Shown here piece after piece: positions 54,349 through 64,000 of a DNA stretch of 64,000 nucleotides. Location of the stretch: assembly GCA_964016885.1 (NCBI GenBank), contig OZ024740.1, positions 384,958,001 through 385,022,000 on the forward strand. The letters run 5' to 3'. The position numbers were made by a program, and so were the translations under genes. Position 1 is the stretch's first letter, and each line of letters begins with the position of its first letter. The DNA comes from Eledone cirrhosa (taxonomy: Eukaryota). Below the pieces are notes generated by a model. That model saw only the letters and a program-made list of their open reading frames with translations, did not search any database and was not told the DNA's origin.

Positions 54349-54704
54349 CCGAATTGGTGTGGTAGAGACAGGTACACATGTTGTTTAAGTGAGTTTCACT
54401 CCGTCAATATTCCGATATGTCCAGCTCCTGGTTGCGTTGTTATTCCAGTTCTTCAGAGAAATAATTATTTTGTTTAATTATTTTATTTTATTCTATTTTA
54501 TATATGTATATATGTATATATATATATATATAATATATATATATATTTCGTTTCTGAATTTGTTTAGCAAATTATATATATATAATAAGGAGTTGACGGA
54601 CCAGGCATATTTATCAATGCCAGGACCGGTTGTATCTTAGCGTTCTCAATAGGTAATGTAGGGTACATTCCCAGAGTATACACATAGTTATTCGCTTCAA
54701 TACA

Positions 54705-54787
<83 letters not shown>

Positions 54788-54943
54788 CCTTTGTCTTTTG
54801 ATCTAGATGTGTGTCCTTCGATCTATATAAATCTGTCAATCCATCTCTCCATCACTGTATCCCTCTCGTTCTCTTTTATCTATCTCTGTTTTCACCATAT
54901 ACATACACATACAATAGATAGACTAACAAAAAGAATAATCATA

Positions 54944-55018
<75 letters not shown>

Positions 55019-55019
<1 letters not shown>

Positions 55020-55239
55020 GGTGAATGTAGTCACCATCTTTCAAGAGTATGGTGTTAATGAATGTGACAAAATTCATTTTGAATTTGCTACATAGCCACA
55101 CGTTGGTATATATATATATATACTATTCATTTATGCATACGCAGATACATACCAGCGTGTCGTTGTGTAGCAAATTCAAAACGAATTTTGTCACATTCAT
55201 TAACACCATACTCTTGAAAGACGGTGACTACATTCACCA
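55019..55239. repeat. About 90-bp inverted repeat extended outward by (TG)n and (CA)n arms
   Basis: 55019-55109 versus 55150-55239 with few mismatches; (TG)n to the left and (CA)n to the right. Confidence 0.88.
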
Positions 55240-55266
55240 TACACACACACACATACACATACACAC

Positions 55267-55329
<63 letters not shown>

Positions 55330-57659
55330 AGATCCGATAATCTCACTCTTGTTTTCTGACTTATCTTAAAACTCATAAAACGCTGCACTGAATTTTACCT
55401 TATTCCAACAAAGTTGCCATCGTCAAATAACACTTTGTTCCTTACAATGAAGTATTTATGGATATAGTAAATTTCGTTGATTTAGCCTAAACGGCGCTAA
55501 AGTTATGTCTAATTTAATATAACTAATCAATTTGACAATTTATCGCTTCGAATACTCATAGCATTTTCTCGTGTGAAATCACTGCTAACAGAAGCCATAA
55601 TTTCCAACCCCACTAATCTAACAGAGAAATTTACAATAACGGTGCTGATGTTATTCGCAAAAGAGTTAATATTTTTGAACCGGTGTTTTTCTTCCCATAG
55701 AATATAGCTCCTGTCGTCACGAAATGTAGAATTTCCAGCAGTGAACATCCGATAATTTACAGTACCTTTTGACATGTTCAATATATATTGTTATAAAAAG
55801 AGTTTAACATATATTAAATCTATAAACCGCTGCCTTGTACATTATCTTTTATTCCCTGCAAGTATTCTCTGCGTGAAATCCGTTATCTAGACTTCATCTT
55901 ACAGACCACCACTGAGATTCCGGATAGGTAAAGAAAAGAATACCAAGATTATTGTCATTTTATCTCAGCTAACGTTCTGCGTAATTGTCTCTATCAATCA
56001 GACAAGAGATATAGCACCAGAGCAAACAAGAGCGCGATTTTGCAAGTTGTCAGACAAGTCTGGGTATTCAACCAGCCCCAATGCTCGACCTAGAAATCAC
56101 TATTTTATACGATGCTTCCGTCTATGTTCATTGTAATGTAATCATTACATAATATATAAACATAAGGTATTGTCATAGATACATCATAAAGAAAACACCT
56201 TAGGATTACACTAGACAATCTTTATCGAGGGAAAGCGTCAGTGAATGAAAGAAAAATGTTCAAATAAAAAAGTTGTATAAAATGTTAATGAACAGTTATG
56301 TTTATATAATCATTACATTACATGTACCATGCACAAGGGTCATAAAGAATTGTATACGACCTGCGTGCGGCCGATTACCTACACTTATTCTACGATGTCC
56401 TCATCCATCAAGATAATATTTTCACATTCGCTCGTCAAGGCAAACTACATATCTGTAAATAGATTCAAACAAATATTCTAAAATGCTGTAAAAAATTCTC
56501 AACGTTACATCACCTGTCCCAATACACTAATGTTGCCAAACCAACAGCTTGTAAAATATACCAAAGGAATTATTTACTGGCCATTTACTATTAACGAGCT
56601 GATAAAGCAAATTTTTACCAAATCCACCTCACAATTTATTCAAGACTACAACAAAAACATCACAATTAATTACCTTGTACAAGCAGTATAAACAACTGTC
56701 ATACAATCAAAACCTCTCCAACAACTTGCCTTTAATCACGATTGCATGAAATTATAAATTTCCTACATTTTCGCTAACTACACATAAGGCTTCTGGACTA
56801 TTCGGTCGAACAAAAACTAATGGTGTATTCAAACGCATCATCGCATCAGCAAACCTAACCCTGCATTTAGTGTTGGACAAGAGCAAGTGTTGACAAATTC
56901 AAATATAAATTTGGCAAATTCATTAACTCAGCCTCTTTAAAGAAACAATAGGTTCAACAAAACCTATTCATGCTAAAACTTTCACATTCATTCGTAAACG
57001 CAGCAAATTTTGTTACTGTCAAGCTTTTCAAATAAGCTCTCCAAGCATTAAGCAAGGCCTATCCTGTCTTTTTATTAAATTGAATGAAACACACCCTTGA
57101 ATAGAAAGGTGCAAAAACACTTCTCAGAGCAATTTATTGACAGTACACATGGTTTACATAAACCATTTACAACACACTCTTACGCTCATATTAACATGCA
57201 TACATCCATCATAAGGCAAAATAATGCAAATCAAAGTCTCTACAGTCAATATACTTGCATTCGGCAGTCAAGTTCCTTTCAGCGAATTTGTGAGTTAAGC
57301 TGTCAGTTCGCCAGTCGCCAATCGGCAAACAGCCAACTATTATACAAGCAGTCATTCAGCTGTAGCCAACATTCACTAAAAACGCCAACATACTTAAAGC
57401 AGTGAGCCAAGAAATGTTGATTAATTAAAATTACACACGTAGTGATGAGATAAAATCATTATTCTAATGATTAATTCTTCTCAAGAATAGCAAGGGAGAG
57501 AAATATGGAATTTAAAGTAATTAAAATCAGTTTAAAGTAGAATTTAATATGAAATGTTTCTGATTTGTAGCAGTAAGGTGATGACTTTTGATATGCTTTG
57601 CTCTTATTAAACCTCATCGAATAAGTATACTGCATACACATAATTTGCCATATATAAAT

Positions 57660-59460
57660 GTGTGCGTGCAGGATATCCATACATAAAAGATCAAGAAAAA
57701 CAATGCTTGGTCTATTGCAAGAGAGATTATTTAGAATAAAGTTTCATACACTTAACATATATGCGTGACCTTAGGTATCGGGTCCAGTTATAACCATCAC
57801 TGTATATTGGGGGACATTTTCAAAATTGGCCCCTTATCAGGCGCTCAGACAAAAATACGCAAAGGAAATTTCACGAGTTTCTGGCTTGTTGGTGTTTGTG
57901 TCTTTGATCGCTGCCTCCTATATTCCAGACTTTACATTCCAGTTTTGTTGTAATGGACAATCGTCTTTCTTCCTGCAAGAATACGTCGGATTCTCATCTG
58001 ACATGTCAAGAAAGTCTGCGCTAGTGAGGTTCGTGTCTACAGTGATTTTAAGTCCTTTCGTACAAAAAGTGTCTATCAGATCCTTATGGAACCTGTCCAG
58101 AGTGTGCCCGCTGCAGTCATGGGCCAAGGAAAGACCGTCATCGCGATATAGACCGATGGTATGGTGGGGAATTTACGTTTAAGCATATGGCATATGTATA
58201 ACCCAACAATATTACATATATCCCCGCTGTCATATGATCCCATCGAGACGTCGTATGAATCTTCTGGGTCGGATTTGTTTTATCCAAACGGTGCCGTAGT
58301 TGAATAGAAGCGATCTTTGCGTGTAGTAAATCGGGTCAAGCTCTTGGTAACTGATAGATTCGAAGGTACGAGCGAAGTCGAAGGTGTTGTCTAGTAGTGG
58401 TTTAGTAACAGAGGGTTAAACATCGGTTATATCAATCTAACTGAATTTAATTCTGTTCTTAGATATGATGTCTGAACCAGAATATAACTGTTGTAGTATT
58501 GTTCCAGAGTAACAGATTCGTGTTGTTTATGATACGTGTGTTGATTTCATCTAAACAGTTCTAACTGACTAACCCTAATTCTGTACTTGCTGGGTTTATG
58601 AGCCTGCGGGATGGCCTCTTCATAAAATCCGATTTGTGATCATTTAGGGTGATAAAATCACCGCTCTTAGCCAATGTGTCTAGTCTATTGTCAATGTTAA
58701 AGCTTCTTCTAGCTACTTCTTTGGCCTCATTGTTAATAGAATTGTATTTGTCAGGTTTAGCCTTCTGGTACTTTTTTGTTATATTGCTTAGCATAAGTTG
58801 ATCATATCTATCTGTAGTTACCCAAGAGAAAGGAAAAATATTATTTCACGATCTAAATTTCTTTTTTTTTCTAAAAGTAGCTATGGTACTTGCGGAACTT
58901 TATGTCAGCGATTAAATCTAAGAGATTCGCTTCAAAGTCCGCTGAATCTCTCTTTGTCTTTGGCTGGGTTTTTGGTTGACTTAAGGTTGAATCTTTCGGT
59001 GGCGGTAATTGTCATATCTCCGTCAAAAAGCAGAGCCTTCCATCTCAATCATCATCCCACAACCTCCCTAGTAGCATTTTGGAATAGAAGAAGTTAGTTG
59101 GTGTCAACATGTCCCTGGAGGAGTAGTATATCTTGATATGTCCATCATGTTGAAAATTATCCTCAACTCTGAAGTGTGCTCAGTTGTTCAGGCTACTAGG
59201 CCGGTATGTCATACTTGTGTATGACAGACTTTTTCCACAAAAATCCTCGCTAAGAGCAATATGTGCGTGCAGGATATGTGTAAATAAAAGGTCAAGGAAA
59301 ACAATGCTCAAAATAGTGCTTATATGTGTGCTACCTGTTTGTGGTCCCAAACGTGTGTGCTACCTGATTGTATTTTGTATGTGGTCCCAGGTGTGTGCTA
59401 CCTGTTTGTGTAATATTATGTATAAAATAGGTTCCAAATTTAACTTACCGGTTGGGACCG
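57660..59460 (-). mobile_element. Degenerate, internally deleted Penelope/Poseidon-type element with flanking direct repeats
   Basis: SNITKKYQK..INNEAKEVA..FITLNDHKSDF..RLINPASTELG, YDVSMGSYDSG, IGLYRDDGL, GLKITVDTNLTSADFLD, CRKKDDCPL. Direct repeat tgtgcgtgcaggatat..aaaa.gtcaa.aaaacaatgct at 57661 and 59263. Confidence 0.88.
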
Positions 59461-59779
59461 GAAAAGTTTTACCTACTATTATCGGTTACACATATTAGCA
59501 AAATCTATAAAACCCTGTACAGGAGTTTGCAGCAAGATCCCTTTATATTTATAAGATTAAAGTCCATAAAAATTACGTTTCTGTCATTTTGCATCAAAAC
59601 TACATTTCCTTTTGTTACGCCTTCCTTTAAATTATTACTTGAATTTTACCCTGATTCTGATAAATTTTAAATAAATCTATATATAATTCCTCACTCATTT
59701 TGTTATGTTCGGCATAGAAAACAATAACGAAATACCATTCTAGTGTATTCGCCAACTCTGCTAAAGTCATGTATATTCT

Positions 59780-60560
59780 ACATCCACAGAGGTATCAAAT
59801 GTCGTCTACAACTTAATTCTGATCCTTCAATCCCGTTGAATGTCTCCGTTTCTCTTTTACTGACTTTATAGAAAAACAATGTTCTCCATCGTCACTGAGT
59901 ATCACACTCTCTATAACTTACCAGAGGCGCCATTGAACTACTGTATCTAGGGAAATTCATCCTTGTGGAGTTTATACATAAAAGGACTTGAATCTGAATC
60001 CTCGAACGTACAACCTTTCTTTCTGCTTCCTCCGTATACAAAGTGGAGATGGAAATCTAATAATTGCCTTTGTAGCAACCAATCACCTGCTACAGAATAT
60101 GAGCCGCTAAAGTCAGGCCTGGTTTTTAAAGTGCACTATCTACTCTCTCATTTGTGTCCTCCCTTCAATTTATAGAAAACATAATGGAGATGCTTTGTGC
60201 TTTGACATTCATGTCTACTAAAACAATTTCAACTAACAATCGACATTATTTTAATAAAATAAAATAAATCATGACAATAAAAATCACTTGAGTACCAACG
60301 TAAGACATTTTTGATGTTACAACTTAAAGCAGCCACTGCTAGACTTATATACGTTAAGTACGAATAAAGATGTTGTCGATGCCTTCATAGACATCCTATT
60401 ATTTTTACGTTGCTGGCTGTTGATTGCCTGAATAACTGGTTAAAATGCGTTCCATTTCCATTTGAAACTATTTGATATCGCGCACGTGGCTAATACCTTT
60501 GGTAGAAGCAAACCCACAACTATATTTTCTCTTCAAAAACCTTTAAATATACTGGTATAT
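59780..60560 (-). mobile_element. Possible very decayed Kolobok/Mutator-like transposase remnant
   Basis: Only weak, frameshifted resemblance (MSYVGTQ versus VSYDGTWQ; GFASTKGI; FNGASG versus NF.GSSG) in the expected order. Confidence 0.25.
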
Positions 60561-61173
60561 TCTAAGTCATTGAACTTGGTTTCCTTCCATAGATGTTGTT
60601 ACACGTCGACATACTTACAGTGATAAACGGTTTAAAGCATGAGATAAACTCCCAACAAACCGGTTCGTAAACCATCTTTTCATTTTTGCCTGGAACAAAT
60701 TAACCTATAGGGTTTGTGCTTATTACAAAATTTTACGAGTGGCACACAATTTCAACTTTCTTTGTAAAGTATTATTTTCTATTTAAGTAAAAAAAAACAT
60801 ATATTTTCAATGTTAAGCCACTACAGCCAGACTAGCTAATAACTTGCTCTGCCAGACACCTTATCTGCTAACTAATAAATGAAAATCATCTTTCTCTTCT
60901 CTTTATTTGCTTGTGACAAATATTTTTGCTTTGTTTGTGTCTTTCATATACACTCCAATTTAAAATAGTTATTAACAAGAAGGGGGTTTTTTTTCGTTGT
61001 ATACGTATTTATTTCTTATTTATCTCTTTATTCTTGTGCTTAAGAAGATGCTTCGTCTTGCTTCCGTTCACGAGCAGAAACATTTGCTTTTAATTTTTCA
61101 CATTCATTCGACAACTTACATACATACACAACAAATACGCTACTGGTACAGATACATTCTCACACATAGATAC

Positions 61174-61235
<62 letters not shown>

Positions 61236-61272
61236 CATTTATATATACATATATCTATATCTATATATATAT

Positions 61273-61304
<32 letters not shown>

Positions 61305-64000
61305 GCGCGCGCGCACACAATGCACACAAGCTCACACAACATATTGATATTTTAGGTTGAAAAACACAACATTGATAAATAGGCTGTAATAAAAATGTAT
61401 ATTAATGTTTTTCGAGACGTTGGGAAATTAAATGACTCAAGGATAAAAGAAATATAATATCTACGGTGTTTGCATTTCTTTACCTTTGAAGACGAACAAA
61501 ATGAATTCGTCACTTGGAATTGATCTATTCACGTCACTAATACTCTTAGGAAAAGCATGAATTTCACAACGCCCAAGTTCGTTAGTAATAAATCAGAAAC
61601 GTCAAGCATGTGACAGAAGAAAAGAAATTATTCTTGTTATAATAATGGTTTCATTTTCGTTAGACACAAATGTTTAATTTTTTTTTTTTTTTTTGTGAGG
61701 TCGGTGTGAGGGGATTTGAAAGTCTATATTTGCCAAAAAATACTGATGTTGTTGCTATTGTTTTCTAACCCCAGATTAGATATGATCTAGCTGACCTCTC
61801 TTTAAAAGCACTTCAACCGTCTATTCTTGTATATCCAAGTGGAATAGATTGTATTATATGTTTTTTCCCTTTCTTATGATTGGTAGAGCTGTCTGATTTG
61901 TGAGATATTTGGCTGGCATTTCTAGCAGAGACCGACACCTTTGCTGTTGTTTATTTTCAGGTCATTCTTAATCTGATAAACATATGATAAATGATATTCC
62001 AGTCGTCATTATCTCATTTGTTTATCATACACTGTTACATTCCTGAATGCGTTCTTCCTTCCTTTCTTCAAAATATTAATATACAATTTAAGGGAGATTT
62101 GGCTGGTATTTCTTGTAGATAGAACAAACAGGACCAGGTGGTAATCATATGAAAGACTGATATTATGTTGCAAATTTACAAGCATGGCACTAGTTTTTCT
62201 CATTAGTTTCAAGAATTGTGATATGTATGCTCCTCCATACATGATATAATCCTATCGAAGTTCATTAGCTTCATCTATGCTTCTAATAACAATGCCATCT
62301 CTATTTCAGGCAAAATGCATCTATGACTTCATTATACAATGCATCGTTTCATTTATAAGATATTAGATATCAGGCAGATTTCGCTGCGACATTTTCGTTT
62401 TTAAGATATTAGATATTAGGCAGATTTCGCTGCAACTTTTAGCAAGTCAAGCAACCATAGAGAAACTTTCTCGTTAGCTCACATTTTAGTATTATATGTT
62501 TTGGGGATAGTGTATCGGATAACGAATTTAAACATGACAAAGTAGGACTGTATTGATTGGAGCCTGCTGTAGTAATAAGCAGTGACCATCAAATGTACAA
62601 GTAATTTTTCAGTATTTTGGTTTCGCGCTGCACGCTATCTATGGCTGAAGTATGTGTATAGCATGTAATGAACCTATATGAATGCTGTAGATGTGTTTTA
62701 ATTAATTCTTACTATATCCGTCTTCTATATGTATGGGATGTGTTTTTGAATGAAATCGTTGGTAGCATTTGATACTTTGGGAAATTACTGGTGTGGTAAG
62801 AGATATAAGTTTGTTAAGTAGAGGTAATTCTAATTATTTGTTCGGAACCAGTTTAGTAGGTTGATTCAGAAGTAATACAGATGTGTGGCTCTGACTGGAG
62901 AATATTAGGGAAACAACGGTGATGTAATCTGTGTATTATCATTATTTCGCTTTAGATAGGTGTTAATCGGTACTTCTATTAAGACAATGCTCTTTTTTTT
63001 TAGTGTAGAGCACCTATGACAATCTCTATCTAATGAATTTGTTTTAAGGCAGAAAAGCGTAGTTGAAGGCGATCCGGCTGCTATTTCTAATAGTTGGTTT
63101 AATTGTATAAAGTATACTTTGTTGACTAGTGAGACTGTGAATGTATGTTGTGGACGTATGAGAAAGTGGTATAGTTGTATGTTAGAAAAACGGGTTGTTA
63201 GATTCTTGCTGTACCCTATAGAGAAGAGAACAAAATGTATCATTATTGTATACTACATGATATTGAAATCGTAGTTCGCTAGCTAGAGATTTATGTAGTT
63301 TCACAAGGGGCTGTTTGACATTTCTTTTCAAATTGACCGCAAATAATGGACAATCAGAATCTGCCAGGAAAGATGAAGAAATAAAACTCACATAAGTGGT
63401 TTTTCATTAAATTCTGTAGATGTCTATGAAGCCTAAACATTTTATGAAAGAGAAATGTGTATTATGATGTTAATAGATTTCTCAAATACTTAAAAAGCTT
63501 AAGGAAACTTACTCTCACATCAAAAATCTCAAATATGCACAACGGATAATCATTATCTAGTTTCCCATTAATACATTACAGTGAACCACTAATACATTTT
63601 TATTTCCTTTGAGAATTTTAAACTAAAACAATGTTACCTAACATAGAGATCTTCTTCTAAAGCTTCTTGCTCATAATCTATCCTTCTTCAGGGTCAAATG
63701 TTTCCTAAAATACTACGTATCTACACCTGTATCGAATTTAATCTTCCTATTCCCTGTTCTATCAACTCGAAAGCCATAACTTTGTTACATCTCTCACAAT
63801 CTTCCTTCAATGAATCAATGACATGTTGAATTACACCTTCATCTACGAATGAATACATTTCTATCTTTCTGTACACACGTTTCATCCAAATACAACTTTG
63901 ACACCCCTCACTTGTTATGAATATCTTCTATGTATATAGACCGCGAAAGCTTCTTGTAAAGGAAACATGTTAAAGTTAGTTACAAAATCCTCAATAATCC

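Noticed and set aside
55500-57460. Possible decayed DNA transposase on the minus strand
   Set aside because: Composition is suggestive, but I could not recover ordered motifs or terminal repeats.
59321-59410. CRISPR-like repeat-spacer pattern (tgtgtgctacctg x3)
   Set aside because: Repeats are only 13 bp, spacers resemble each other, the context is eukaryotic and there are no cas genes; it is a minisatellite in a PLE flank.
62357-62433. Two-copy 31-bp direct repeat
   Set aside because: Simple local tandem duplication with no further structure.

Overview
AT-rich, microsatellite-dense animal genomic DNA with no host protein-coding gene that I can support. The repeat content (abundant tRNA-derived SINEs, long (TA)n/(CA)n/(GA)n runs, Penelope-like elements, Tx1, CR1, RTE and R4-type LINE remnants) suggests an octopod cephalopod, but that is inference. 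Most ORFs in the supplied track are microsatellite translations. Recognisable mobile DNA: three Penelope-like elements (about 2120-3935 minus, 18089-19546 plus with an open 334-codon RT-thumb plus GIY-YIG frame, 57660-59460 minus), a near-complete but frameshifted Tx1-type ORF2 (42052-45437) with two more deleted copies, CR1-group, RTE and R4/Dong fragments, and over ten SINE copies. The most striking signal is non-coding. About a dozen type I hammerhead ribozyme motifs (CUGANGA...GAAA...UH with helices I-III, often a short palindromic helix III) from several unrelated short repeat families sit in or beside (TA)n tracts. Several are arranged as fold-back or tandem structures whose breakpoints fall in or next to the ribozyme. 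They include a roughly 470-bp ORF-less tandem unit (51639-52627) that looks like a retrozyme, and a U-U closing pair in helix II shared by three families. All folds were read by eye; none was computed or tested.
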